The notes: generated by a model not told the origin, from the sequence alone. Counted from the whole stretch's first letter, positions 21,576-32,906 are shown. The stretch: 63,939 nucleotides of DNA, filler included, from Barthelona sp. PAP020 (GCA_040182905.1; 3 parts of 3 records of this genome joined end to end with filler, not necessarily neighbours in it), one strand, 5' to 3'. Numbers and translations: made by a program.

Positions 21576-22442
21576 TTACCTCATCCTGCCAATCTTATGT
21601 TTGTCTTCAGGAATTGCTCTGTTTAACTTTTTGGTGAATTCAGTGAAATTCTTTCGCATAGTCTTAGCAATAAAACCATTTACAGTTTTCATGTGATATT
21701 TTAAATACATAGGAAAACCAGACAACTCAACAGCTAATTTTTGACAAAATTCTTCAGATTCAAGAAACTTTTTAGCAATAGCAAATGTGATAAATCCATT
21801 GGATTCTTCTAAATCATCTCTATCAGTCAAATGATCAACAATATCCGAAGGAGGATTCTGGGAAACATTGCATCTAACAACAGATCTAACTTTATTCTTG
21901 GCAATTTCAAATTCTCTCAAAAATAATTTTGCCAAAACACTTTCTCTCTCACCAGCAAATTTCATGTGAAAGACAATTCGACATTTATCATTTCTAGTGG
22001 ATAACCATACACTTTTTCCAACCTCATTTCCTAATCTAATAATAGTTGGATTTGTTTCTTTACAACCTTGGAAGAAATATTTAAAAAAGGGTGCAGCAGC
22101 AAATTTCATTGGTAACCCAGCAACAGAATTTGCAAAATTTTCTTGTTCCGTTTCTGGAATATTCTCAATATCAATTATAATTCCAACATTAGGAATGATA
22201 TCATATTTGTAGGATGACAAAACATTAGAAATAATTTGTTCACCACCATTATTAAAATAATCATTGAAACCCAAAAATGACATAGTTATATCACATTTTT
22301 CAACTGGAATTCCAGGGGTTTTGATGATAACTGAACATATATCAAAAACATGAAAAGTCAACGCTAATTCATTATTATCAACTGCATTTTGACTTAATAA
22401 CGCCTTTTTAATACCAGGATGAACTGTTTCTAATTCTATCAT
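21576..22442 (-). CDS. ARPC2: Arp2/3 complex subunit 2 (p34-Arc)
   Basis: 288 aa; FAAAPFFKYF, VLAKLFLREF, GFITF and YLKYHMK...MRKNFTEFTKKLNRAIPE match the p34-Arc family pattern. Confidence 0.88.
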   Translation of the reverse strand: MIELETVHPGIKKALLSQNAVDNNELALTFHVFDICSVIIKTPGIPVEKCDITMSFLGFNDYFNNGGEQIISNVLSSYKYDIIPNVGIIIDIENIPETEQENFANSVAGLPMKFAAAPFFKYFFQGCKETNPTIIRLGNEVGKSVWLSTRNDKCRIVFHMKFAGERESVLAKLFLREFEIAKNKVRSVVRCNVSQNPPSDIVDHLTDRDDLEESNGFITFAIAKKFLESEEFCQKLAVELSGFPMYLKYHMKTVNGFIAKTMRKNFTEFTKKLNRAIPEDKHKIGRMR

Positions 22443-22616
22443 TGCAAAATGGATAAAAAAATATTTTTTCTGTTATTCTATTTGTCTTTTTCATTCAATG
22501 TACAGTCTATTAAAAAAATAATTTCACCATTATTTATATGTATTTGGAAATGTAGAAAGTATTTTGGCATTAATTTATTCACATAATAAAAGGAAGAGTT
22601 TTTTTTTTATTATCAA

Positions 22617-24326
22617 ATGAATGTTATTGAGTGTTTTTGGGAAAAATTCTCCGAAACCTTTGGTTATATACCTGGAGAAATTAAAAATTCTGATGATTTA
22701 ACTGATTTTAGATGTGTTGAATTTAATTTAAAACCTCAAAAGATATATCAACCATTAAATTCACAATATTTAGTGACAGATAATGATCTTAACGATATAT
22801 TTAATCCAAATAAACAAATAAAAGAAAGAAGTTTATTAGATTTTGAAAAGAAAAAATTAAAATCAACCAAAAAATTTCTTTCCGATGCTAGTGAAACTGG
22901 ATTAAGAGACGTTTATGGAATAACTAATGATTTGAGTTGGTGTGAAGGTTTGGAAGAATTGTTGTCTTTTCAAAACGATATTCAATATTTATCTAGCTTG
23001 TCAAAGACAACTGTTATGGATAAAGTTACTGATTTATCTTTAGAGAATAAAGATATTGATATTATTGATGAGAGAATTGTCGATTTTCGTAATTTAGTCA
23101 GTATTAATTTGATGGGAAATGATATTGAAGTTATTAAATGTGTACCTGCTTCATTAAAAAGTTTAAATTTAAATTCGAATGATATTTATGGCAATCTGGA
23201 TTTATCACATTCTAATTTGATTCATTTGAGTCTTGCATACAATAGAATTACCGTCAACAGTTTTGATACTTTGATATTTCCATCCAGTCTTGTTTCGCTT
23301 GATCTATCGTATAATAACATCAGTACACTAGCAATATTTGATAAAATTGCCAGTCTTGGACTTGAATTGAAATATCTTGCATTAAAGGGTAATCCTATAA
23401 CATTTATTGATGGTATTTATGATTATATTTGTTTGAAATTTCCAGATTTGATCTCCCTTGATTATGAACCTATTGATAAGTTTGGTATAATTTCAAATTC
23501 TAAGAATATAAAGGCTAAAATTATTAAACAGTTCTATCTTGCAGATTTTGTTCCACCTACTGTTGATATCACTGCCATTTATCAATTATTCTTTTCTAAT
23601 TTGAAAATTTCTAATTTTTTCAAGACAAAACATTCATCAGATAATATTTCTGATATATTAAAGGAACATGAAGCATTGGATTATAAAATAAGAATAAAAT
23701 TACCCTTTTTACCTGATAATATCTTTGATATACCATCAGTTTCCTTAGATGAAGAAATTTTTGAATTTAATTGTTCGTCTTTGGAAGAATCTTTACCTTT
23801 GTACATACGTTCGAATGTTTTTTTTTGTCTTCGATTCAAAGAAGCTGTTATTGAATTATATGAAGTTCAAAAAGAAGTTATTCAAGAAGAAGTTCAAGAG
23901 GAGATTATTGAAAGATCTTTGGCTTCAACACCAACAAAGAATAAAGCTAAGAAAACTAAATCCAAGACTAAAATGCCCAAAGTAAAGAATCAATCAGTTG
24001 AAACTATTGTCACGAAAGAAGTTGAAATATGTTATTGGAAGGTGTCATTACGTGCGTTATATGATATGTTGTTAAGCAAATACGAAACAAGCATTGGTAA
24101 AGACGTTTTTGAAGAAAAATTTGATTTACATTGTCCAATTTCAATAGCAAAATATCCAAAATTTACTGAAGAAGGAATTCAACGATGGATGGAACTAGAT
24201 TTCACAAAAAAGGCTGAAAGTAAATTGTCTTTGGAATTCACAGTTAAATCTACCGCTAATATGATTGATGATATGGTTCAACAAAAACTTCAATCACAAG
24301 TTAAAGGTAAAAAGAATAAAAAGTAG
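22617..24326 (+). CDS. Leucine-rich repeat protein (LRRC43-like)
   Basis: LRRs LKSLNLNSNDI, LIHLSLAYNRI, LVSLDLSYNNI, LKYLALKGNPI plus an LRR cap; Lys-rich C-terminal region. Confidence 0.75.
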   Translation: MNVIECFWEKFSETFGYIPGEIKNSDDLTDFRCVEFNLKPQKIYQPLNSQYLVTDNDLNDIFNPNKQIKERSLLDFEKKKLKSTKKFLSDASETGLRDVYGITNDLSWCEGLEELLSFQNDIQYLSSLSKTTVMDKVTDLSLENKDIDIIDERIVDFRNLVSINLMGNDIEVIKCVPASLKSLNLNSNDIYGNLDLSHSNLIHLSLAYNRITVNSFDTLIFPSSLVSLDLSYNNISTLAIFDKIASLGLELKYLALKGNPITFIDGIYDYICLKFPDLISLDYEPIDKFGIISNSKNIKAKIIKQFYLADFVPPTVDITAIYQLFFSNLKISNFFKTKHSSDNISDILKEHEALDYKIRIKLPFLPDNIFDIPSVSLDEEIFEFNCSSLEESLPLYIRSNVFFCLRFKEAVIELYEVQKEVIQEEVQEEIIERSLASTPTKNKAKKTKSKTKMPKVKNQSVETIVTKEVEICYWKVSLRALYDMLLSKYETSIGKDVFEEKFDLHCPISIAKYPKFTEEGIQRWMELDFTKKAESKLSLEFTVKSTANMIDDMVQQKLQSQVKGKKNKK

Positions 24327-24599
24327 TGGAAATAAATGTGTGTAGAGTTTTTTTTTTATTCTTTCAAACCAACAAAAAAAATTATTCATCCATTAAGAAA
24401 TGAACTTTCCAACATGTTTTTGAATGTGATGAAGATGAAGGTTTGGGAAAAATATCTACAAACCAGCATAATCATAATTCCATCTCATTTTGTCAACGAT
24501 TGCTTCAAAATAATGACTGTTTTGACAGAAAAAATAATCAAAAACTTCACAAAGATGAAAATCGATTTTTCCGATTTTTGGATTTTTTTCGAATAGACA

Positions 24600-24696
24600 A
24601 TGGTTGTTAACACTGCAGTTGACGAAACTGATCCTCATATTAAGTATAATATGGACCAAGTTGTTGTTCCAGATGGGTTTGATGTAGATGGATTTG
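24600..24696 (+). CDS. Possible gene start truncated by the assembly gap
   Basis: ATG-initiated frame MVVNTAVDETDPHIKYNMDQVVVPDGFDVDGF is open up to the N run; no homology recognised. Confidence 0.3.
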
Positions 24697-24796
24697 NNNN
24701 NNNNNNNNNNNNNNNNNNNNNNNNNNNNNNNNNNNNNNNNTTAATTAATTAANNNNNNNNNNNNNNNNNNNNNNNNNNNNNNNNNNNNNNNNNNNN
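24697..24796. other. Assembly gap spacer
   Basis: 100-nt N run with central TTAATTAATTAA (all-frame stop linker); same design at 49460-49559. Confidence 0.98.
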
Positions 24797-24916
24797 ACAC
24801 TTGCATCCTTATTACCCTGAATCATTTGATTCTTTGTTGTTATTTCACTTTCAATTTTGATATCCATTAATATCAGAAATTGCAAGAAGAAACCTTAAAC
24901 ACATTTATATTGTCTT

Positions 24917-25616
24917 TTACGTGAAATCCGTCCGCTTTGCTACGAACGCTTCAGAGTTCCTTGAGTCTGGAAAAAAAAAAAAAATTAAATTATAGTGTTT
25001 TTGCCATTGTGATATGTCAACTCCATTCAAACACATAATATTATCATAAGATAATAAAAGATTAAAATAATGAAGTTGCAAGTCAGACAATGAGTCACTA
25101 ATTATTCCCAGAATTGTGTTGATGGTCACAGACACACCAACACCTTTGGGTTCAACAAAGTTAATTCCCACATATTCGGAAAACCAGTTGATTAGTTGTT
25201 TGGTAGACATTTTTTTAGCAAACCTAATATTTTGCTAATATTCGAAATGTCTATCACAAAGACTACGTCTGTGACACCCATTTCATTGAAAAATTCTCGA
25301 CAGAATTTTCTTTGGGTGCCTTTTTGGAAAAAAGAGTTCAATTTGGAGTCAAACTCATCAAAAGGTTTCTTGAGCCTTTTGATAAAGACATCTAAAAAAT
25401 CGTCTTTTGTGATGCAAATGAAGTTTGAACAAGCAAAAAAACCAAGTTGACCAAGTTTGCTTGTTCAAACTTCTCCATATACTTTGTTTTAACGTGTTGA
25501 AATTCGAAAAATTCAACAAATGTTTTCAGATCATCAACTTCTTCATCAAGAGTTGTTGAAAACACTTCAAATCCGTTGCTTTGAAAGCGATTACATAAAA
25601 TTTCTGTCATATTCAT
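24917..25616 (-). pseudogene. Frameshifted hypothetical gene
   Basis: MNMTEILCNRF...(25616) joins by frameshift to QLGFFACSNFICITKDDFLDVFIKRLKKPFDEF..., then by a second shift at a T/A run to ORF 24917-25210. Could partly be homopolymer sequencing errors. Confidence 0.5.
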
Positions 25617-25691
25617 TAAAAAAAAGGTGAAAATCGGTTGCTAAAAACATTTTTTTCCAACCGTAGTGTTTGATTTTTGACCTGTGGGTTG

Positions 25692-26019
25692 TATCGATCA
25701 TCGATCGATAGATGAAATGTTTTACATTTTGACCTTAGATGAATATAATAGGGCTTATTGATTAATAATAGGTCATCATATGCTATAAATACATTAATTA
25801 AAGAAATTTAACTATCTATCGATCATCGATAGATAGTTGAAATGTTTTATATTTTGACTATATTTCACTACAACTGGTCTCATTAATTCACAATACATCA
25901 TTACATGTTATAAATTTATTAATTAAAAAAAGGAACTATCTATCGATCATCGATCGATAGAAAAGTTTTCATTTTTGTACAATATTTCAACTATCTATCA
26001 TCCATCGATAGATAGTTAA
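25692..26019. repeat. Array of four copies of a 29-bp palindrome on ~125-bp tandem units
   Basis: AACTATCTATCGAT-C-ATCGATAGATAGTT is perfect at 25810-25838; variant centres at 25699 and 25948 (spacing 125 and 124); a fourth, inverted copy at 25984-26019. Confidence 0.92.
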
Positions 26020-26080
26020 TATGCCTTATAAGACGAATTGTCTATTTATTGAACATTAACAGAAAAAAACTCTCTTTTAT

Positions 26081-27190
26081 TTAAATATCAATACACCGAG
26101 GATCTTCAAAGAAACGATATTGATTGTTTCGAAGTTCCATTATGTAATCTTTGTATTGTTCTATGAAAAACATCCGAACGCGATCCGATAAAGACAGTGT
26201 GACATTGGTATTGAAGAATGTATTCATGGCATTACGTATTGAAGTTTTTGTGAGAACTTTTTCAAAGTTGTCAGTGGAACTTGAGTCTTCCAATAAAAAT
26301 TGCTCAAACCACTCCTTAAATACTGAATGTTTTCCCAAGATTTCAATGTAATGATGTGTTTTTACATCTTTATGGCAATCAAATCGAAACATTCGCCGCA
26401 GAATTCTCATAAAATAATCGCGGGTAAAGCAAATTCCTAATTGTGAACCAACTTCAAACAACAAAGATTTGTCAACTTGCAATTTCACAGAGATATAGAA
26501 TCTATACAAATAATCCAAAGACATTGTTATCTTGGATTGATTCTCTTTGCTGTTTTCATTGTCTTTGTTACGCAATTGGGTTGACATTATTTCATCTAAT
26601 TTTATAGTTTTTTCAGCTTGTTTGAAACTATTGAAAAAAATAACATATATTTTCTCAAAAGAATTGATACTTTTCATCATTTCATTGGTAACTATGAAAT
26701 CTTCAGAATCAATTACGTGTTGCAAAAAACCTTTGTGTAATTTATAAGGAATGATACACCCGCAATATACTGCAATCAGATGCTTTCTGTTCAAATTGTC
26801 AGGTGCTGATTGTTCAAGTTCTTCATAATTTGCAATAGCTTCTTCTAATGAACAATCCAGCGCAAATTGATAATAAAACTCTAAAATTTTGGGTGAATCA
26901 ACAAAGAATTTTGATATATCAAAACTTAAATTCTTTGTTGGCTTTTTTTTTTCAATTGGTGAGATTGGTGGGCTTAAACTCAATATCGTAGGAGAGCTTA
27001 TCTTCGTAATAGGTAAAGAACTTTGAAATAATGGCAAATTCTTTGCTCCTTCGTCAAGAAATTCTATTTCTGGTGCTCTTTTGGTTCTTTCATCGCATGG
27101 AGGTGATGAGAAAAAATCGTCATCGTCTAAATAAAGTTCATTTGATTTGATATTTGCATTTTGTCTCATAAAATGTTTTGGGAAACTCAT
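26081..27190 (-). CDS. Hypothetical protein
   Basis: 369-aa ATG-initiated ORF with Ser/Pro-rich N-terminus and a predicted helical remainder; no family recognised. Confidence 0.75.
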   Translation of the reverse strand: MSFPKHFMRQNANIKSNELYLDDDDFFSSPPCDERTKRAPEIEFLDEGAKNLPLFQSSLPITKISSPTILSLSPPISPIEKKKPTKNLSFDISKFFVDSPKILEFYYQFALDCSLEEAIANYEELEQSAPDNLNRKHLIAVYCGCIIPYKLHKGFLQHVIDSEDFIVTNEMMKSINSFEKIYVIFFNSFKQAEKTIKLDEIMSTQLRNKDNENSKENQSKITMSLDYLYRFYISVKLQVDKSLLFEVGSQLGICFTRDYFMRILRRMFRFDCHKDVKTHHYIEILGKHSVFKEWFEQFLLEDSSSTDNFEKVLTKTSIRNAMNTFFNTNVTLSLSDRVRMFFIEQYKDYIMELRNNQYRFFEDPRCIDI

Positions 27191-27543
27191 ATTTGTAAAA
27201 AGGTGGTCCTTTTGGATAATAAAATTCTTCTTAATGGGGTATTTTGATTATTACAAATACGATTAAAAGTGGCCGTTTCTAATTGATCTTTTTAAATAAA
27301 TACATTTCAATTTACTTTTGTTCGTCAAGTGGGAGATGCAAATAAAAATTTTTCAGAAGGGCTTGCTCAACAACCCACATTTTGGCGGAAAAACTCAACT
27401 TTCTTTCCAACGAATAACCGTTTTTTGGAAATTTTAATTGTGCAGTTTTGTGATAAAAAACGAAAATATTGTGGGATTTTTTGAATTGAAATCCTTAACA
27501 ACGTAATTTTTCTTTGATTAACTTTTGTACGGTTGATTGAGTA

Positions 27544-30057
27544 ATGAGTGTTGAATTAGATGGTAATATTGAAATGAAAACAGCTGATATTAGTCAATTT
27601 CTTTTGGAAAGTCCGAATCGAAACAATGACAGCATCGGTAATTTTTTAGTATTGGATGTAGAAAAGAATGAAGATGATATTGATAAAGATAGTAAAGAGA
27701 TTTTGCTTCAAAATATGGTTACTGCATTATTAGAGGAAAGGTACAAGGATGAAAATTTCCGAGAAGATATAGAAAAAAAATTAGAAGCATTAGAAACTGA
27801 AAATAACAGATTGAATGAATTATATTTGCAGGAAAAGGAAAGAAATGAAGAAATGAAAGATTTTGATAATGTTGATAATATTGAAGATTTGCTTGCGAAG
27901 AATGAGCAAATTGCTGAACTATATGACATAAATAGTGATTTACAAGCTCAAGTGAAGGAGCATTTGTGTAGATTAAATGAAATTGAACACAAACATCAAG
28001 AAGAAATGTCAGAGTTATTATCACATATCAATGAAGAAAAATTAAAAAAAAAGCACATTCAAAGTGTTTTGGAAGAACAAATGGATTTGAAACAACGACA
28101 AATTGAAGAATTGGTTGATCATTCCAAAGAATTGGAAAATGTTGTTGTTGACCTTAAGAAACAAATAAAGGAAGATCAAGAATATCATAAGACACATATC
28201 AATGAAATGGTGGCAGAATTTAATCAGAAATTTTTGAAACTGCAAGAGAAAAACAATGTTCTAAATCAAGCAAATAAGAGCCTTAGAGATAAAGATTTGG
28301 AAAGAGAACAACAGTATTCTAATCTTCTGCAAGAAAATCGAATAAAGATTCAAACATTGGAAGCTCATTTGAGTGATTTTCAATCAGTAAATGTTGCTAA
28401 TACTGGAAGTAATAGTTTGTTTAAAGTTTCTGACACTGATTTTACAAGGCAATGTGAGCAATTGAATAGTCAGATTAAGATAATTTCTACAGAATTAAAA
28501 GATGTTAAACTGACGAATAGAAACTTAGAAGATTTAAAATTGGACCTATTGGGAAAGAATGAAGAGATGAATACAGAATTAAAGAAATTTAAACATGAAA
28601 ATAGTGAGCTTAATGGAGAATTGTTTGAGAAAGTAAAATTAATTGGTGATTTTGAGGAGAAAATAAAAACATATGAACAACAATTGGAAATATTGGAAGA
28701 AAAACTGAAAGAATCTGAAGGAAAACTTTTGGAATTTGAGACTGTTGCTATTGCTAACAAAGAAAAGGACCTGTTGATTGAAGAATATAAAGATGAAATT
28801 GAAGGAATAACTTTTGAAAAACAAGAATTATTGTGTAAGATAAATAGCTTGGAAGATATGAGCAAGGATAATACGGTTGAAATGGAAAATATTGAGAAAG
28901 CATCAATGAAAGAAATCGAAGAACTTGTGAACAAACATCAATTATCAATGGGAGAAAAAGAAGATGAAATTAATTTATTGCGAGAGGAGTTGAATGAGAC
29001 AATGAATTGTAAAAAAGATTTATCGGCTTTAAATGATGAATATACAAAGTTACAAAATAAGTATGTTGAAATTAAAGAACTTTATGAGGAATTAAAATGT
29101 ACTCATGATAATTATCAGGCAAATGCATGTGAAAAGGCCAAGATTCGTGAAATTGAATTCAAAAATTTGAATTCAATGTTTGAAGAGCTAAATATTCAAT
29201 ATAATGAGTTAGTCGAATCAACGAAGGCTCCTAAATGTGAAGATATGAACATGGATTCAAATCAGTTGTATGAATCTGATGCAGATTCTTTTATTGATAT
29301 GTCTGAAGCTGAATCATCAATTTCTGAACAAGATATTTATGATTTAGAGCATCTGGAGGAAGAGGAAGAAAAAGATTCGACAGATGATGATTCCGACTTT
29401 GAAGAAGAAGAAGAAGATTGGAAACAACAGTTTAATTCTTTGAAAGAAGAATATTATGAGTTAACATGTTCTTTGCAAGAGAAGGATGAATATATTGATG
29501 AACTCAAAAGAGATATTGCTGAAATGCAAGCAAAATCCAAAGAATTGCTTGGAAGTGAACAGAAAAGTGTTGAAGATTTAACAATTAGCCTGGGTCATGC
29601 AATTTATGAATCTGAAGTTACAAAAAGTAAGGTTGTTCATTTGGAACATATTATCGATTCTTTACTAGTTACTTCCAAGGGTGTTGAATGTACCAAAGCT
29701 AATTTTAATAACCGAAAATTGGTTCAACGTTTTGTTTGGATTGATCTTCCTACAGAAAGATTATGTTGGTCAAAGAGTAATTCAATCACACCAAACAAAT
29801 GCTCTTCAGTAAAAATAGATTCTATTACTGAACTCACTTTGAGTGGAAACTCAGAAACATTTTGTGTTTTAACCCCATCTCAAAAAATTACAAAATTAAG
29901 TTTTTCCGCCTTCTTTAAAGACCGTTCTGTGGATTTTGTTGTTCCAAATCCTGAAGGTATTATTGGTTTCATTCAAACATTATTATTCTTTAATTCTCAA
30001 ATAAAATTTGAATTTGATAGTAAATTTGAAAGGTTGATGGAATATTTTGCAGAATGA
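27544..30057 (+). CDS. Long coiled-coil protein with C-terminal PH domain (Num1/Mcp5-type PH)
   Basis: E/K/L heptad-rich body, acidic patch, and C-terminal KLVQRFVWIDLPTERLCWSKS...RSVDFVVP PH-like fold. Confidence 0.75.
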   Translation: MSVELDGNIEMKTADISQFLLESPNRNNDSIGNFLVLDVEKNEDDIDKDSKEILLQNMVTALLEERYKDENFREDIEKKLEALETENNRLNELYLQEKERNEEMKDFDNVDNIEDLLAKNEQIAELYDINSDLQAQVKEHLCRLNEIEHKHQEEMSELLSHINEEKLKKKHIQSVLEEQMDLKQRQIEELVDHSKELENVVVDLKKQIKEDQEYHKTHINEMVAEFNQKFLKLQEKNNVLNQANKSLRDKDLEREQQYSNLLQENRIKIQTLEAHLSDFQSVNVANTGSNSLFKVSDTDFTRQCEQLNSQIKIISTELKDVKLTNRNLEDLKLDLLGKNEEMNTELKKFKHENSELNGELFEKVKLIGDFEEKIKTYEQQLEILEEKLKESEGKLLEFETVAIANKEKDLLIEEYKDEIEGITFEKQELLCKINSLEDMSKDNTVEMENIEKASMKEIEELVNKHQLSMGEKEDEINLLREELNETMNCKKDLSALNDEYTKLQNKYVEIKELYEELKCTHDNYQANACEKAKIREIEFKNLNSMFEELNIQYNELVESTKAPKCEDMNMDSNQLYESDADSFIDMSEAESSISEQDIYDLEHLEEEEEKDSTDDDSDFEEEEEDWKQQFNSLKEEYYELTCSLQEKDEYIDELKRDIAEMQAKSKELLGSEQKSVEDLTISLGHAIYESEVTKSKVVHLEHIIDSLLVTSKGVECTKANFNNRKLVQRFVWIDLPTERLCWSKSNSITPNKCSSVKIDSITELTLSGNSETFCVLTPSQKITKLSFSAFFKDRSVDFVVPNPEGIIGFIQTLLFFNSQIKFEFDSKFERLMEYFAE

Positions 30058-30350
30058 GAAGTTTATAAATTGTTAAAATTGATGTAATCCTTTTTTTTTT
30101 TGTTAAAATAATTCAAAAAAGATTAATTATTGACAAAACAAATAAAAAATTTGATTATTTTGGTTAAATGAGGATGATTAACCAGAAAATATTTCTTTTT
30201 AAACACTGACAACATTTTGGTTTTCTTTTCACCCTTTTTGAACGACACTTTTACAAATTTATCTCCTTTTATTAATAAATCTTGATAATTATTAATCTTT
30301 TCAAAGAACCTTACAAAAAAAATATACCGAAAATTTATGACATGTTCAAA

Positions 30351-31328
30351 TTAAATATCTGAAAAAGCAGGCAATCTAAAAGCAAAAGCAAGTCCTGTAT
30401 GATTACCGATTGTGACTAAACCAGAATGAGGAGAAAAACAAGAGTATGTAGGTTTCAACAAATTTCTGGTTTTTGCAGGCCAATTTTGATAAACGGTTTG
30501 AGAACCTAAATGTACCATTCTCACAGCATCTCTCTTATAAGAGGAACTTAAAACTAGAGCTTCACCAGTATGATTAAAATTTAAACTGTCTACAGGAGTC
30601 ACCAAATTATTAATAGAAAACAAAGAAGAATAAGACCTTGAAATACCTTGATTTCTTTTGACTTCTGTCAAAACGTTTCTGTCAAAAACGTCAACAAAAC
30701 CACTTTTCGTACCAATAGCAATGTGGTCATTAGATAAGGCCATTTTTGTAATCTGATCCTTTGTTTCAATATTGAAAATTCCCACAGGCTTGAGTGTATT
30801 TCTAATATCAAATATATAAATTGACCCTTCTTCTGTAGATACCAAAATATCGTTATCAAAAGAGTTTATAGAGGAAATAGTTTGAGGAATTTTGATTTTG
30901 TTGATCAATTGGAAGTTTTGATTGTGAAATAAACCTACTTCGTTGGCTAAATTTGAACATAACCAATAATTGTTAAAAGTATGAGAAATGACAGGATTTG
31001 GGTTATGAAAATTGTGCAATTTGTTAATAGTGATATCTGTTGTTTCTAAATCCAAGGTGTAATAAAAAGGTCTTTTTCCGGTAATAATCAATGATTGAAA
31101 AGAATTAAAAAATTCACAAGAAGTAATGGGCAAAGATTTGAGACTAATGTCATGTAATAATTGAGACTCAGCCAAATCAAGATTAAATAATCTGATGTGA
31201 CGATCTTCCCCTCCAATTATAAACAAACTTTGAGTTGGATGAAATAATATTGATTTAATTGCACCTGTACTTTTTCGTGTGTTATTTAAACATGGTAATC
31301 TATTAAAAACTAATTGATTTGGTAACAT
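30351..31328 (-). CDS. UTP18: U3 snoRNA-associated WD40 protein Utp18
   Basis: SILFHP...GGEDRHIRLF, GKRPFYYTLDLET, DAVRMVHLGSQTVYQNWP, FSPHSGLVTIGNHTG match Utp18; the acidic N-terminal extension is absent. Confidence 0.88.
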   Translation of the reverse strand: MLPNQLVFNRLPCLNNTRKSTGAIKSILFHPTQSLFIIGGEDRHIRLFNLDLAESQLLHDISLKSLPITSCEFFNSFQSLIITGKRPFYYTLDLETTDITINKLHNFHNPNPVISHTFNNYWLCSNLANEVGLFHNQNFQLINKIKIPQTISSINSFDNDILVSTEEGSIYIFDIRNTLKPVGIFNIETKDQITKMALSNDHIAIGTKSGFVDVFDRNVLTEVKRNQGISRSYSSLFSINNLVTPVDSLNFNHTGEALVLSSSYKRDAVRMVHLGSQTVYQNWPAKTRNLLKPTYSCFSPHSGLVTIGNHTGLAFAFRLPAFSDI

Positions 31329-31405
31329 TGAATTTTTTTAAAACAGATCAAAAAAGAAGGAAACGAATTTTTTTTATTATTACTTTTCTCTTTTTTGTTG
31401 GTTTT

Positions 31406-32275
31406 ATGAGTGGTGTTGATTTACGCACAGAAGCTGTGACGATAGAAAATAGATTTACCTTATTTGGCAAAAGAACAAAGTTTGAAGAAGCATCTGAAAT
31501 GTATGAAAAGGCTGGGAATGCTTTTGTTTTTGAAAATAATCATCAAGAAGCGGCAAATTGCTTTTTGAAAGCTGTTGAATGTTTGGAACATTATGAAAAA
31601 GAGTCATTTGAAATTGTCCGTCTTTTAGATGCTGCAAGTCGTTCTTATGCAACATATGATGTTACTAAAGCTATTGATATCACCAATGATGTTATTAAAA
31701 GATATGTTTTAAGTGGTTCTATAAATATTGCAGCCAAAAGAGCATGGGATTTGGCAGAAATGTTGGAGAAAGCTTCCAAAATTGAGGAAGCTTTGGAAGC
31801 ATATCGTACTTCTGCGAGATATTATCGAGATTCAAATTCAAAAGCACATCAGAAAAAATGTGAATTGAAGATTGCTCACATTTCTGCGAAAAACGGAAAT
31901 TTTGCTGAAGCATATGAAATTTTCAGAGAAAAAGCAATTGAATGTGCTGAAGATGTCAGAGATCGTTTGGGCGCTCGTCAGTTATTTTTGAAAGCAATAT
32001 TGTGTTATGCTGTATATTCTGATGTTGTTGATCTTGGTATTGTTTTTGATGAATTCAAAAACATTGATCTCACTTGGGGAGATACAAATGAGGAATTATT
32101 TGCTCGTAGAATTGTTAAGGGAGTTGAAGATGGGAATAGTGATGAAATTGGTCAAGCATCTTATGAGTTTGATCAAATAAACCGATTAGATAGTTGGATG
32201 ACTCATGTGTTGTTCAAAATTAAGACTAGTGTGTCAAACAGAGTTGTGACTGCACAAGACTCTGATATTTTGTAA
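31406..32275 (+). CDS. SEC17: Alpha-soluble NSF attachment protein (alpha-SNAP/Sec17)
   Basis: KFEEASEMYEKAGNAF, AAKRAWDLAEMLE, KCELKIAH, FLKAILC, FDQINRLDSWMTHVLFKIK. Start set at the first ATG (31406). Confidence 0.9.
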   Translation: MSGVDLRTEAVTIENRFTLFGKRTKFEEASEMYEKAGNAFVFENNHQEAANCFLKAVECLEHYEKESFEIVRLLDAASRSYATYDVTKAIDITNDVIKRYVLSGSINIAAKRAWDLAEMLEKASKIEEALEAYRTSARYYRDSNSKAHQKKCELKIAHISAKNGNFAEAYEIFREKAIECAEDVRDRLGARQLFLKAILCYAVYSDVVDLGIVFDEFKNIDLTWGDTNEELFARRIVKGVEDGNSDEIGQASYEFDQINRLDSWMTHVLFKIKTSVSNRVVTAQDSDIL

Positions 32276-32906
32276 ATTCGCCCGTTTTTTTTTTATTCTT
32301 TCTTTATTTTTTTGAAGATTGATTGAATTAATCATTAATAAGACCTTTTATCAGTTTTGAATGGTTGAGAATAAAAATAGAATGATAGTTATGTTGATTA
32401 ATAATTTTGTGAATGATTTTGATCAAAATTCAATGATAATTATCAGAAAAAAATTGAACCGGTATGTATTAAGAATTAAATAAACGATTGTATGTTTGAA
32501 CAAAAAAAAAATATTGCTTAAACTGATAGGATGGTTTATAAAGCTTAAAATTTGAGTTTATTTCCGGTTTATTTAATTTTTTCATAAAAATAAATGGTCT
32601 TTTTTCTTTGAAAATATTTGAAAAAGGAATCTTTTGTCAAACTTTAACTAATACATTATAAAAGCTTTATAAAGTTCACATCAATGCTTTTTTTTGAAAA
32701 AAAAGGTGGATTTGCAAAAACCAAAATTTTTTTTTTTTGAAAATTGCAAAATATTGTGTATTTAATTTGGGTATGTTACTATTGATACTTGTCGCTTTTT
32801 TTTTAAAAGAAATTTGGTTGTTTCCCAAGCAAATTTTCAGGTGAAAATAATAAGGGGAAGATTTTTTTGTCGTAAAACCATTATTTAATTTTTTTTATCA
32901 ACTTCT

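Noticed and set aside
24697..24796. TTAATTAATTAA palindrome embedded in Ns (also 49460-49559)
   Set aside because: Identical 100-nt design at both sites; an artificial scaffolding linker with stops in all frames.
25692..26019. CRISPR-like array
   Set aside because: Linkers are about 95 bp and homologous to each other, one repeat is inverted, there are no cas genes, and the context is eukaryotic.
27360..27383. GGCTTGCTCAACAACCCACATTTT resembles the right end of repeat B
   Set aside because: About 20 nt with an indel and a mismatch, and no flanking homology; may be chance.
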